From positions 1 to 47,503 of the IMG/VR virus record IMGVR_UViG_3300033562_000984: a stretch of DNA of 47,503 nt; one strand, 5' to 3'. Of this stretch, positions 9,467-20,076 are shown one piece after another. The notes under the pieces were generated by a model. It was not told the origin of the DNA. It did no database searches and worked only from the letters and a program-made list of their open reading frames with translations. Made by a program: the position numbers and the translations under genes. This DNA comes from a virus. Its lineage: Duplodnaviria > Caudoviricetes. The first letter of the stretch is position 1, and every line of letters begins with the position of its first letter.

Positions 9467-10897
9467 ATGGCAGCAGTCGATGTAACTAGTTTATCTGCAG
9501 GTAGTTCTTATGTATCTGCCTCTAAAAATTCAATATCTCAACGTAATACTATAGGTAAAATTATAGGATCGGCTGAGAGTTTTGGTGATGATTGGAAAAC
9601 AGATAAGATTGATAAATGCTATCAATTTGGATCTACTACAATGGGAGCGATGACTTCATCTATTTCAGGTGAATGTAGTTCTAATATCTTAGATAATATT
9701 GGATCATTGCTTAAGAATAATGCAGTAGTCCAATTCATAAACACTAGTATCGGTAAAGTAAATAATGCAATTGACGGTGTAAAGTCATTTGGTAAAACAG
9801 TAATAGGTGCTATTAGTAACTCGAAGATGGGGTTGAAGCTGCGTAGTTTCTATTGCGGAACTCTAGCACCTGCAATGCAGATACTACTGATGGTTCTAAA
9901 GGCTCTGATTGCAATACCATTGACAATTCTAAATGCATTGTACAAGATTATCCAGAAAATAAAGGATATCGCTAACTCATTAACTAAAAAGCTATTCGAC
10001 TGTTTCAATAGCTTTTTAGGTGGAATGCAGGATAGTGTAGGTCAAATGTCGATGAACTATCAATTCAAGTTGAATGATCTTTTCAGTTTTCTAGATGATG
10101 TTGATAACTTCTTAGCTAACTGCGAAATTATATCAAGACCTCTAATAGATAGCTTCAATCAGATGATAAACCCCTGTTCACCTACAACAGCAAGACCGTT
10201 TTTCGATGCAATTGGTATGACGACTGAAGGAGTTGATGAACCAATATTATGTTCGGCTGAAGATCTTAGAGCTTTACTTGCTCGGAGAAAGAAAAATCAA
10301 GAAATATCTACTAATGCACTTAATGATTTCCTAAACAGGCAGAATCCTTTTTCTGGTGTATTCAATGGAGCGAAGGCGCTTAATGAGCTTACTAGAGCAT
10401 ACACTCAGAATGGAATTGCTCAGATATATGCAGCCACTATGACACCATTACATGGACTCGAAACCAGATATAATAATCTACTATCAGCTAGAAGCTCAAT
10501 TCTAGGTAGAATTGTAAACTCTACTATTGGATGGCTATTCCCTGACTGTGGTAGTGGTAAGTTCGAAGATGGAATAATCAAACGTAGAAAGTATTCGATT
10601 AAAGATGTAATCAATATTCTAGATTCTATGAATGGATGTAATTCATATATATGTGGTGGAATTAACAATCAGGTCAGTGAATTGCTGGCTCAATTAGAGT
10701 TGAGTAAATGGGGTAGGTGGATTAACCCGCTTGTAAAATCAAATGAGAACTTAACTAAATTCATCAATAATATCTATGCTGAGACTTTCGGATCTAACGC
10801 TGAGATTGCTAATACTAAACTTGCAGGTCTTAATATCAATAGTTCATTTATAAAGAAGATTCTACCATATTCATTAACTCTTAAGGCGGTGTATTAA
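9467..10897 (+). CDS. Hypothetical virion-associated helical protein with 10 Cys and a hydrophobic segment
   Basis: 476 aa ORF with late promoter; LAPAMQILLMVLKALIAIPLTILNALYKII; TAATG coupling to the next gene. Confidence 0.6.
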   Translation: MAAVDVTSLSAGSSYVSASKNSISQRNTIGKIIGSAESFGDDWKTDKIDKCYQFGSTTMGAMTSSISGECSSNILDNIGSLLKNNAVVQFINTSIGKVNNAIDGVKSFGKTVIGAISNSKMGLKLRSFYCGTLAPAMQILLMVLKALIAIPLTILNALYKIIQKIKDIANSLTKKLFDCFNSFLGGMQDSVGQMSMNYQFKLNDLFSFLDDVDNFLANCEIISRPLIDSFNQMINPCSPTTARPFFDAIGMTTEGVDEPILCSAEDLRALLARRKKNQEISTNALNDFLNRQNPFSGVFNGAKALNELTRAYTQNGIAQIYAATMTPLHGLETRYNNLLSARSSILGRIVNSTIGWLFPDCGSGKFEDGIIKRRKYSIKDVINILDSMNGCNSYICGGINNQVSELLAQLELSKWGRWINPLVKSNENLTKFINNIYAETFGSNAEIANTKLAGLNINSSFIKKILPYSLTLKAVY

Positions 10898-12723
10898 TGG
10901 CTAAACTTGGAAAAGGCGCAGAGAGGCTAAAGAGTCTTGATACTAATTTTCAGGCAATTGCCAGATCAGTAATAGCTCAAATACCATCTTCGTTTAATGG
11001 TCGCGTAGTTAGTATTAACATTGAAAGTACTTTAAGAAGTAAAGAGCAGAATGATAAAGCAGGTGGTGCTAAGAATTCAAGGCACTTATGGGGTGGTGCT
11101 GTAGACTTCTCTATTAGTATCGATGATGTTAAGATTAAATTTCCAGGTTCATATGGTCATTATAGTAAAAGTTCAACCGTTGTGGTTGGCGGTGTTAATA
11201 CTAATGCACATACTCTATATTCAATAGTGTCGGCTGCAGTCACTGCAAATGATTGTACTTGGGGTGGAACTTTCCCTCCAGGTAGCAGTAAAGTATATGA
11301 CCCAATTCACTTTCACTGGAATTATACTAAGCAAGAAAAAGGTCTTTCAGGTAAAAACGATGAATTTTACATTAGAGATGAAAACGTCACATTAACATCT
11401 GAACCCGTATTGAATCAAAATGCAGGTTCATCGTCTAATATCAGCTCATCTAGTATTGCAGTAGACGCTACTAAAACAACTACATTCATAGGATATGGAC
11501 TCGTACTATCTGACTTCTCACCTCTCACTACAGGTAAGCCTCTAGTTGATTTGCTTACAGGTGCTGAAGTTGAAAAGAAGACCGTTGAAGCATTGAGTGG
11601 AGTTGCTGGATTATCTGGAGTCGAAGCTCATGCTAAAGTGACTTCAAATCCTAATATATCAATTACTGCTGAAAACGCAGATGCAATTTTATTAGCTCAA
11701 TTGAATGCATTATCTGATTATCTTGTACATAAGAAGAATATCCCTTTATCTGAATACCCAAGTGAAGTTTCCACTGCGGTAGTTTCTTATTTCTTTGGAA
11801 AGAATATGGCCAATGAAATCGTCAATAAGGATGCTGATTCCATGTTGGCTATATTGGCAATATCTAAAGGTAATTACGATAGACTCGCTTCTTTCATAGA
11901 ATCTAGAACTGATGGACTTCCTTCAGATATTAAGAGTAGAAGAGATGCAGAAGCTCAATTAATTCGTAGTTATAAATTCGATTCAAATAAGATAGCACCT
12001 TCAATCGCATCTACGAATAATCCCGAAGAATATGCAAACAATGCAAAGTTAACTGAATTACAATTAGCCAATCAACTAACTGAGATTGATAATTTAATCA
12101 ATAATAGAAAGATCTCAAGCACAACTCCAGCTAGTTCCGAGTATGATGAAACTTTCAATGATGTTGAACAGGCTACTTTGGATTCTATTGGGAATTTAAT
12201 GCAGGCGCAGCAGGTTAATACTGACGTATATTTCGGATATCAAGAAGATGAATATAGTCAAAGAGTTAAAATTAAGAATTTCTATTCAATTCTATCTAGG
12301 AACTTGAACACTCGAATATCTAAAATAGACTCATTGATTCAAACCGAGCCGTTGCTAAAAGGTAGTCATAGTATGAATATGGCTAAAATGTATACTATGA
12401 TTCCTTATTCTGATAATCTAGGTTACATTGTTAAGAAAAATGCAGTAGCTAGATGTGAATATCGTATTAGGTTGATTGAAAAGAACATAAGAGATTCTGA
12501 AAGTGGAATTATGTCACTAGGAGTTCCATCCGCTGACGACTGGTCTGATATATTAATTTTCATATCAACTCTATGGGTTAAAATGGGTTATAATGAAGTG
12601 GTTGCTTTGAAAAATACAGTCACTTCATTATTTGGAAATTTGGCAGTATTAAAGGAACAGTTGAAGTTAGAACAGGGTAATCTAGTCCAATTGAAAAGGG
12701 ATGTTAGTAGATACTCCATGTAA
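10897..12723 (+). CDS. Virion-associated peptidoglycan hydrolase: M15 Zn-peptidase, pesticin/lysozyme-like domain, helical C-terminus
   Basis: STLRSKEQN...SRHLWGGAVDF...WGG...DPIHF fits M15 H-x6-D...H. TFIGYG...GLSG.EA...ISIT...RRDAEAQLI resembles pesticin C-terminal/GH24 muramidases. Confidence 0.75.
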   Translation: MAKLGKGAERLKSLDTNFQAIARSVIAQIPSSFNGRVVSINIESTLRSKEQNDKAGGAKNSRHLWGGAVDFSISIDDVKIKFPGSYGHYSKSSTVVVGGVNTNAHTLYSIVSAAVTANDCTWGGTFPPGSSKVYDPIHFHWNYTKQEKGLSGKNDEFYIRDENVTLTSEPVLNQNAGSSSNISSSSIAVDATKTTTFIGYGLVLSDFSPLTTGKPLVDLLTGAEVEKKTVEALSGVAGLSGVEAHAKVTSNPNISITAENADAILLAQLNALSDYLVHKKNIPLSEYPSEVSTAVVSYFFGKNMANEIVNKDADSMLAILAISKGNYDRLASFIESRTDGLPSDIKSRRDAEAQLIRSYKFDSNKIAPSIASTNNPEEYANNAKLTELQLANQLTEIDNLINNRKISSTTPASSEYDETFNDVEQATLDSIGNLMQAQQVNTDVYFGYQEDEYSQRVKIKNFYSILSRNLNTRISKIDSLIQTEPLLKGSHSMNMAKMYTMIPYSDNLGYIVKKNAVARCEYRIRLIEKNIRDSESGIMSLGVPSADDWSDILIFISTLWVKMGYNEVVALKNTVTSLFGNLAVLKEQLKLEQGNLVQLKRDVSRYSM

Positions 12724-12726
12724 TTC

Positions 12727-12732
12727 TAAATA
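12727..12732 (+). promoter_or_regulatory. Late promoter TAAATA
   Basis: CTAAATA, 5 nt, ATG 12738. Confidence 0.75.
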
Positions 12733-12737
12733 TTCAC

Positions 12738-15044
12738 ATGACCGCACAGCCATTAGATAATAGAAATAATTCTTTTTTGGATTATAGTAAGATTTCATAT
12801 GAAGATACTCTTTCACAGATCTCCTCAATATTAAATCTACAGTCTCCTAAGGTAATGGACTTCTTCGCATCTAGCACTGGTAAGATGTTGATGGAGCTAT
12901 TTGCGGCATATAATGAGCTACTGTATCGTGGTATTGAGACTGGTTTATTGGAAGGGTTCTCTGCAACTGCAACCAAACTATCCTCAGCGGTCACCAACGC
13001 CTCTTCAATGGGCTACTCTATTAGAAGACCTACGCCTGCCGCATCCTCATTCTATGTGGCCTTGGCGGGTACTGCAGGGGCTTATGCGGGGTCATTCACA
13101 ATACCTAAGTTCTCGTCATTTTCTATCAATGGAAGTGCTTTCCTAGCAATAGACGATTATACTTTCAAGTGGGATTCTTCTGGTAAGGTTACAGCTCCTT
13201 CAACAGGTACCACGATTGTACAAGGGTATTTGAAGTCAGTTAACTTCGTTGCAAATGAAGGTCAGTTATTCCAGAAATTCCAGATCGCAGATCCTACATT
13301 CTCTGATTACTTCGGAGATTCAGATCCGCTCAATGACCTACCAGCAGCATCTAGAATAACTACCGTAACTGTGAACGGAGTTGCTTGGGATATTGATCGT
13401 AGAAGTTTATACAATCCAGACAAGTCAACAGCACCTTCATCTAAGGGTGGAACTCTATATAAGAGTACAAATAATAAGTGCGTAATATCTACTAACGCAG
13501 AAGGTAATGTTGAGATTCTATTTGGCGATGGTATTGTATCTGCCATACCTACTGGGAGTATAAAAGTCACATATCTATCCACTGCAGGGGCTGCAGGTGC
13601 TATGTTCAATTCTAAGGACTTGAAGATCACACTATCTGCAGGTGAAATTTCATACACTCCTAATAATTCATTGCAAGACACTAATCTAGCTTTTTACTTG
13701 AATGAAAGTGCGATTGGAGGTGGTGATTTAGAAAGCATTCAGTCGATCAATTACAATGCACCTAAGATTTACTCTGCTTTAGATCGAGCTATTACTACAG
13801 ATGACTACAAGGCAATCCTACTTACAATGCCTAATGTATCCCATGCACTTGCATACGGAGAAGATCAACTAGGCGCAGGTGACTATAGATACTTCAACGT
13901 GGTAATGTTTACTGTAATTGACGCTCTGTATAATGGAGTGTATGGCGCATTGAAGCCTGCGCTTCCATCTGAATATATTATAAGCGGATATAATACATTA
14001 GGTGTCGCTCAGTCAATTCAAGATAGTGGGACTGTAACAGGAAATATCAAGAATACTTTCGACAGTAAGTTCGACCTAACTTCCCAGACAAATGACATTT
14101 CAACTCAAGAGAAATATACTCAATATGTTAATAGTTTAGGATCTTTCTTCAGACTAACAACTCAGAATATTGACGCTTCATCTGAGCTTGGTAATATAAT
14201 GAGAACCCTAAAGTCAAAAGCTCAGGCGACTGTGAAGCATATCTATTTCCCTTCAAAGGTTCATAAGTATACTATGAAAGCTGAGATATTCGTAACTCCT
14301 ATTTCTAGTAAAAATACAATTGCAAATGAGGTTCAACAGAAAGCCTTTGCGTATTTAAAAGATAATACATTTTTCAACTTCCCAATATACTCATCTAAGA
14401 TCGTGAAGATAATAGAATCGCTTCAATCTATCGTAGGATGTCACGTTAAATTCGTACCTTACGCTGGAATTCCAACTGATTCTAGCTATATTGACGTTCT
14501 GCTCACCCAGAGCACTGACATTGTGACTGATCTATTTGAAACTATGCAGTTATTACAGAATCAATATCCAGATGTAGTATTATTCCCCGAATTTACAGTA
14601 GATGGTGTTATTTCGAAGAGTCCACTATTATCTAAAACATTAAGCACATTCGCATACCCTGGAAGCAATCTAATAAACTTTGCATCACTTAATGAAGGTA
14701 ATGTATCTAATTATATCAACTACTTATGGGAGAATACTCTAGGTAGAATGATCTTAAATCCATATATAGTATCAGGTAGAATTGCAAGCATTAGCGACTT
14801 CTCTAATGCAGAGTATAACAAACCAGTTTCTGCTGGTGGATTGCTTAATACTAATATCAATGAAATGGTGTTTGATACTTTTATTAGATGGGCTGTTCAG
14901 TTTAGAAATGATACTGACTATTACACGGCAAAATATGTAATTGACGCTAATGGGGATATCTCTAATTTCACTCTTCCGAATGAGATAGCTCAAATAGAGA
15001 TAGACCCTATAGCTGACATTGAACTGCTAACAAAAACCTACTAA
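12738..15044 (+). CDS. Baseplate wedge protein (T4 gp6-like)
   Basis: DFFASSTGKMLMELFA, ILFGDGIVSAIP, GGGDLESIQSINYNAPKIYSALDRAITTDDY. Confidence 0.93.
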   Translation: MTAQPLDNRNNSFLDYSKISYEDTLSQISSILNLQSPKVMDFFASSTGKMLMELFAAYNELLYRGIETGLLEGFSATATKLSSAVTNASSMGYSIRRPTPAASSFYVALAGTAGAYAGSFTIPKFSSFSINGSAFLAIDDYTFKWDSSGKVTAPSTGTTIVQGYLKSVNFVANEGQLFQKFQIADPTFSDYFGDSDPLNDLPAASRITTVTVNGVAWDIDRRSLYNPDKSTAPSSKGGTLYKSTNNKCVISTNAEGNVEILFGDGIVSAIPTGSIKVTYLSTAGAAGAMFNSKDLKITLSAGEISYTPNNSLQDTNLAFYLNESAIGGGDLESIQSINYNAPKIYSALDRAITTDDYKAILLTMPNVSHALAYGEDQLGAGDYRYFNVVMFTVIDALYNGVYGALKPALPSEYIISGYNTLGVAQSIQDSGTVTGNIKNTFDSKFDLTSQTNDISTQEKYTQYVNSLGSFFRLTTQNIDASSELGNIMRTLKSKAQATVKHIYFPSKVHKYTMKAEIFVTPISSKNTIANEVQQKAFAYLKDNTFFNFPIYSSKIVKIIESLQSIVGCHVKFVPYAGIPTDSSYIDVLLTQSTDIVTDLFETMQLLQNQYPDVVLFPEFTVDGVISKSPLLSKTLSTFAYPGSNLINFASLNEGNVSNYINYLWENTLGRMILNPYIVSGRIASISDFSNAEYNKPVSAGGLLNTNINEMVFDTFIRWAVQFRNDTDYYTAKYVIDANGDISNFTLPNEIAQIEIDPIADIELLTKTY

Positions 15045-17968
15045 ACGCAGTTACCTGTGATATTACTAATAGTGAGATAGTCTTCTGGGTTGTTATTAAC
15101 ACTTGAGACTATCATCATTAAATAATCAGCATCTGTATCTGAAATTGTCATTTCATTGGACGATAATTTACCAACTTCTAGTTTAGCAGTTGAAGTTCCA
15201 TTGTATTTGTAATATGAATCTACATATGAATAGGTCCAATGAGTAGAACCTTTAACTACAATCAATGCTTTACTATCCACTATGCTAATAGAAGCGGCAT
15301 CTCCGAATCCAATAGTAGATGAAATATGTAATATACTATTCTTAGAAACACCTCTACGGGTTATTTCAATGACAGTACCTTCAACTGCAGTATCATTCAG
15401 TTTTATAACTCGATGCTCATCTGATGGAATATTGTATACTATGCATGAATGATTACCCTCGTTATAGAAACCCTTCATTAAATTCAATTCAATCGAAGAG
15501 TCTAGTATCGAAGTACTCATATCTGAAATAGCATTCAGATACTTAAATCCATCTGGAATATTAAAGTTACTCTTTAGTGTTAGCTTTACACGGGGTTTGC
15601 TTGTTAAGTTAAAATCAAAAGATCCGAATGCATTGTAATTGTTGTCGCTAATACGATTTGTCTTATACCCAAGTGATAATGTAGCAACCCCATTAGAAAC
15701 GTCATATATTGATATTGAAGGTATTACGTTTCTACTACTCTCATAGCCGATTTGGTTTCTATAGTTGTTGTAATTCTTAAGATATGAATGATATCCGAAT
15801 AGAATTTCAATTGCACCCTTAACATCAACAATATCGAAATTCATTTCAACATCGGTTTGGAATTTACGAGTTCTCACTAGCTCAGTTCCATTGAATATCT
15901 TAAGAGCACCTTCACTTGTCAAAGTTGCTGCAGTTATTGCAGGGAAAGTATTATCGATTCTCCATGCATTACATTCATATGCAAACTTCAACTCAGTTGA
16001 AGCAATGTTAGAATTCTTCATGGTTCCATTAACAGCAACAGCCTTGATTGTAATAGATCGTCCACCTAAAGGTCTAACATCGAACGAGTCAATGTAAATC
16101 TTAGATTCATGATTAGCTTCATTTGCTGGATCTGACCCATCTAATGTATATCTAATGTCAACAGGGCCATCAAATTCAGATGATGTATTTGAAACTACGC
16201 TTAGATTTACATTCACTAAACTAGTATATTCATTATCTGAGTTCTTAGTGCCGCTTACAGTAATAGTAGGAGTGTTGCATCTAGTTGGATATAGAGCTTG
16301 AGGGTCTATATACAATGATACAATATCACTCTTAGAATCCAAATAAACGGCTACTGCCTTGATTATCAAGCTCCGGTGGCATATGAAATGACCTGTATAT
16401 AATGCACAGTTTGTATAGTTTACTAGATCAGGCTCAGTTCCATCGGTTGAATAGAATATATCATACTGCGAAGCCATTGAAACTTCAAGCCTCTTCAATG
16501 GATTCAATTCAAATGAAATAGTTGGATCTGGTACCTTTGCAACAACCTTCACAGCAAGCTCGCTAACTTCACTGGCATCTACTCCAATCGTAGCGGCTAC
16601 ATATGCACTTAGAATATGAGTTTTGAATAGGTCAATCCCGGTGATATTAACTCGATTAGCGGTAGTGTATGTCGATCCATTATACGCAGTTTTAATGTTA
16701 CTATCTAGATTAATGTAAGGTGAATACGCATAAATGCTGAGAGTGTCAGTTGCCAATAATTCAATTGAATTAGAAATATCAATAGCAGCTCCATTAACTT
16801 CAAGTGCTATTATAGGCTGCTCATATTTGCCATTAATTTTAGGATCTTCTATGACCTTTAATTCACTCGAAGAATATGTCATGTTTGAAAGAATATAATC
16901 AGTCGAGGTATTCTTACTAGAAAGCCTTTGAAACATCTGTAGACTTGTTAGAGCCGATAGGGGGAATGTTAGCGTGTCACTGAAATAAGAAATATCACCT
17001 TTAGTCGAAAATACAATAGCTTTAACAGTTACAACTTTTCTAGTAGAATCTACCTTTACATCAAAGGTCGCACCTAGTTTATTACCAACATTAATACTAG
17101 CCGTGTCTATGACAGTACTCTTATTTCTATCAGGGTAGTATGAAATATTGTCTATTATTTGTTTAGGTGTCACTGAAGACGCTAGGTTAGCGTCTATTAT
17201 ATACTTCTTAATATCTGAGTAGTTTGCGTATCGACCGTCAGGTCCAATTTCAGTTAAAGTTGCAGCTTTAATGTTACCTGAAGGAGTGCTTCTAAATCTA
17301 TATGAATTAGTAACCTTAGTGTAGTCTCTAACCAGACTTCCAAATCTATCTACAATATTCCCATTCTTTCTAATCCTAAATGCAAGTATTCTTTCAGAAT
17401 CTTTGATTCTATTCGTAATACAAACCTCAGAATTTACACCGCCTCTGTAAGACCAGAAGCTATCTTCATCATGAATAGACTGGTTAAATAGTGTAGGATT
17501 GTTGAGTTTCTTTGAAGCAGGCGCATTCATTAGAACTATTGATATTTTTGTAGTTCCAAGTGATATTCCAACTTCAACCTCTGACTGGTTATACGAAGGG
17601 TTTATGGTTTCGAATAGATCATAAGATACTACATTTCGATCACCCACACCAAAGTCATAGAGTTTAACTCCAAAAGAGTCTATTCTAGATGGAGTTGATG
17701 CTAGGTTCAATGGGGTTGAGTGTAATTCAATGTTCTCGTAATTCGTGTACTGGGGATACTCAGATCCACTTGATAGCTCCAATTCACCCGCACGCTTCTT
17801 CACCGAAGCTCCACTGAATAGTGTATTTGGTTTCAATTGATTGTCTCTATTGATAGCAGCACTATTCTTGAATTTAATCGAATGAGAAAATGCAGAGGTC
17901 TTAGATCCCTGTGCAGTATAGTCAAAGTTATCTACGATCAACTCTACATTTTCATTATATACGCTCAT
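15041..17968 (-). CDS. Virion structural protein with two Fn3-like (CHB_HEX_C_1 / Fn3_assoc) domains
   Basis: IFYSTDGTEPD and IRYTLDGSDP...ITIKAVAV motifs; 975 aa, beta-rich; late promoter. Confidence 0.7.
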   Translation of the reverse strand: MSVYNENVELIVDNFDYTAQGSKTSAFSHSIKFKNSAAINRDNQLKPNTLFSGASVKKRAGELELSSGSEYPQYTNYENIELHSTPLNLASTPSRIDSFGVKLYDFGVGDRNVVSYDLFETINPSYNQSEVEVGISLGTTKISIVLMNAPASKKLNNPTLFNQSIHDEDSFWSYRGGVNSEVCITNRIKDSERILAFRIRKNGNIVDRFGSLVRDYTKVTNSYRFRSTPSGNIKAATLTEIGPDGRYANYSDIKKYIIDANLASSVTPKQIIDNISYYPDRNKSTVIDTASINVGNKLGATFDVKVDSTRKVVTVKAIVFSTKGDISYFSDTLTFPLSALTSLQMFQRLSSKNTSTDYILSNMTYSSSELKVIEDPKINGKYEQPIIALEVNGAAIDISNSIELLATDTLSIYAYSPYINLDSNIKTAYNGSTYTTANRVNITGIDLFKTHILSAYVAATIGVDASEVSELAVKVVAKVPDPTISFELNPLKRLEVSMASQYDIFYSTDGTEPDLVNYTNCALYTGHFICHRSLIIKAVAVYLDSKSDIVSLYIDPQALYPTRCNTPTITVSGTKNSDNEYTSLVNVNLSVVSNTSSEFDGPVDIRYTLDGSDPANEANHESKIYIDSFDVRPLGGRSITIKAVAVNGTMKNSNIASTELKFAYECNAWRIDNTFPAITAATLTSEGALKIFNGTELVRTRKFQTDVEMNFDIVDVKGAIEILFGYHSYLKNYNNYRNQIGYESSRNVIPSISIYDVSNGVATLSLGYKTNRISDNNYNAFGSFDFNLTSKPRVKLTLKSNFNIPDGFKYLNAISDMSTSILDSSIELNLMKGFYNEGNHSCIVYNIPSDEHRVIKLNDTAVEGTVIEITRRGVSKNSILHISSTIGFGDAASISIVDSKALIVVKGSTHWTYSYVDSYYKYNGTSTAKLEVGKLSSNEMTISDTDADYLMMIVSSVNNNPEDYLTISNITGNCV

Positions 17969-17973
17969 GTGGT

Positions 17974-17979
17974 TATTTA
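17974..17979 (-). promoter_or_regulatory. Late promoter TAAATA
   Basis: ATAAATA, 5 nt, ATG 17968. Confidence 0.75.
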
Positions 17980-20076
17980 TTAGTAAGCAATGTCCACGTT
18001 GTACGCATATTTCAAATAAGCCTCATTACCAGTAATTCGATTAATCCAATAAATGTGAACTACTAGAGCCTCAATACTATCATCAAATACAGCGATAGAC
18101 CTATTTTCGTCAATAATAATTCGACTATCTTGAATTTCAACCTCAGCTTTTAGAGTGTTCACTATTGAAGCTGAACTAGTATCCAAGTGAATCTCTGCAA
18201 GTTGGTTCATGATGCTAACCCCAAATGTAGGGTTGAAAATACGTTCGAACATTTCAGTCGCTAGGATATTAACCAATGCCTGATATACTGCAGTGTCATC
18301 TGTGATTACACCTGGGCCTATCCATGCAATATCCATTGCATATGAAGAACTACTCTGCATACTATCGAGAACTTGCTCAGATTTAAAATCAAGATCAATT
18401 ATGTTTCCAGAAAAGTTCACTTCATCTGACATTTTAACGTCAAAGAAGAATGTAATCTGCTTACTAAACTCCTTATCAGGTTCAAATGCATAAGCCCTAA
18501 TAGGATTATATCCCAATGTAATGAATGGAATTACTAATGACGATCCAATGTTATAAACTCCATTAGAAACTGGATTATCCCCATTAATTGAGTATTTTAG
18601 ATTCCCTAAGTAGTTGTCAACCTTAACAGTCATTTTTCCAATATCATCTAATGAATATGATTGAGTAGTGGTACATACAGTACCCTTATGGTCAATATCC
18701 TCAATATTAACAGGAACTGCCACCCCATCCTTATTTAACAATCTACAGCGAGGTATTGCCGTCTTGCTGGGGGATTCAATGAATACGCTTTCCATTATGA
18801 TGTTACTAGGTTCGCATCTATCACTAAATGCGGCCATTTTAATATTGACAAATCCTTCATAGTCAAAATACGAACTAAAAGTACCCTCATCATATTTGTT
18901 CGAATACACTGTAGGGTCAGATCCATCTACTGTAAAATATACAGTGTCATTCGGATCATGTTCTATTAGATATATGTCAGGTGGAGTGATTGGAGGTGTT
19001 ACTAGAACTGGATCTTGGCATTTGCATAGAAATCCATATGACTGAGATGCCTTCTTTCCATCTGAAACACCATTCCCAAAAATCATTGCAGTTAGTACTA
19101 CATTGCCATATCCATATACATTGATTTCACTTTCCATTACAGGATAGTTATTTGAGTTTCTAGTAGGAGTGCTTCCATCTAATGTATACTTAACTTCATA
19201 ATATGGGGGTATTGAATTTTCACTGTGAATATATGCAGGTACAGCGTCATAATTACCTAGAGATGATAATGGAAGAACGCTGATTACCGGGGCAACTGCA
19301 TCTGGAATATACGCATCGAAGTACTCAGCATTAAAAGTATTATCTCCTACTAGATTTAGTGATGATGTGAATATAGAACCTTTGAATGTTGAGTTTGTTA
19401 TTGTGGTGTTCGAGTTTACTGCAAATATACTAGCATCTATGTTTGAATTAGTAATGTTTAAAGTAGGAGTGTCTATTACAATTAACACCTTACCTTTAGT
19501 ATTCTGATGTATGATACTAATAAGATGGTTTATATTCAACTCTGAAGTCGATGAGACTCTAATTACAGATGTAGCTCCATTAGGTACTACTATTCTTATC
19601 GACTCCATAGTAGAACAATTGGCTGAATCAATGTCGAATATATTAAGTGATTTTGAATTTCTACCCGTTAAGGTATACTGTGCATTTGAATACTCTACTA
19701 CACCCTTGGATAACATTGTCATTAGATACTTAGAATATCCAACTAAATCATGAGCTTCTATTACGTTCGGAATTATTGAACTATTGGCGTAGGTATAGTC
19801 ATGGTTATTCCATTTACTAGTCGAGGTGTCATGTAGATTGATACCACCTCCATATATGAGATAGCTTCTAGATTCACCGTCAGCTAAACTAACATTACCT
19901 ACACATGTAATGGAGTAATTAACCCCTCCATATGACTCGGTTACAGTTGAATGTCCGCCTGAGAGAGTTAGATTACCTCCACATACAATTTCATTTTGTA
20001 TTAGGAGATTTCCAGCATCTGACTTGCTTAGGTTACCTATAGTGTATATTTGAGATTTACTAATATCTATCTTCAC
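17980..20076 (-). CDS. Fusion: choice-of-anchor-A-like domain, three Fn3-like domains, C-terminal gp25/gpW baseplate wedge domain
   Basis: C-terminal DDTAVYQALVNILAT...ERIFNPTFG...DSRI (gp25). YTLDGSTP, YFTVDGSDP, YSINGDNP. N-terminal LNIFDID...IVVPNGATSVIRV...ASIFA...FKGSIF. GTG start overlaps the upstream TGA. Confidence 0.75.
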   Translation of the reverse strand: MKIDISKSQIYTIGNLSKSDAGNLLIQNEIVCGGNLTLSGGHSTVTESYGGVNYSITCVGNVSLADGESRSYLIYGGGINLHDTSTSKWNNHDYTYANSSIIPNVIEAHDLVGYSKYLMTMLSKGVVEYSNAQYTLTGRNSKSLNIFDIDSANCSTMESIRIVVPNGATSVIRVSSTSELNINHLISIIHQNTKGKVLIVIDTPTLNITNSNIDASIFAVNSNTTITNSTFKGSIFTSSLNLVGDNTFNAEYFDAYIPDAVAPVISVLPLSSLGNYDAVPAYIHSENSIPPYYEVKYTLDGSTPTRNSNNYPVMESEINVYGYGNVVLTAMIFGNGVSDGKKASQSYGFLCKCQDPVLVTPPITPPDIYLIEHDPNDTVYFTVDGSDPTVYSNKYDEGTFSSYFDYEGFVNIKMAAFSDRCEPSNIIMESVFIESPSKTAIPRCRLLNKDGVAVPVNIEDIDHKGTVCTTTQSYSLDDIGKMTVKVDNYLGNLKYSINGDNPVSNGVYNIGSSLVIPFITLGYNPIRAYAFEPDKEFSKQITFFFDVKMSDEVNFSGNIIDLDFKSEQVLDSMQSSSSYAMDIAWIGPGVITDDTAVYQALVNILATEMFERIFNPTFGVSIMNQLAEIHLDTSSASIVNTLKAEVEIQDSRIIIDENRSIAVFDDSIEALVVHIYWINRITGNEAYLKYAYNVDIAY

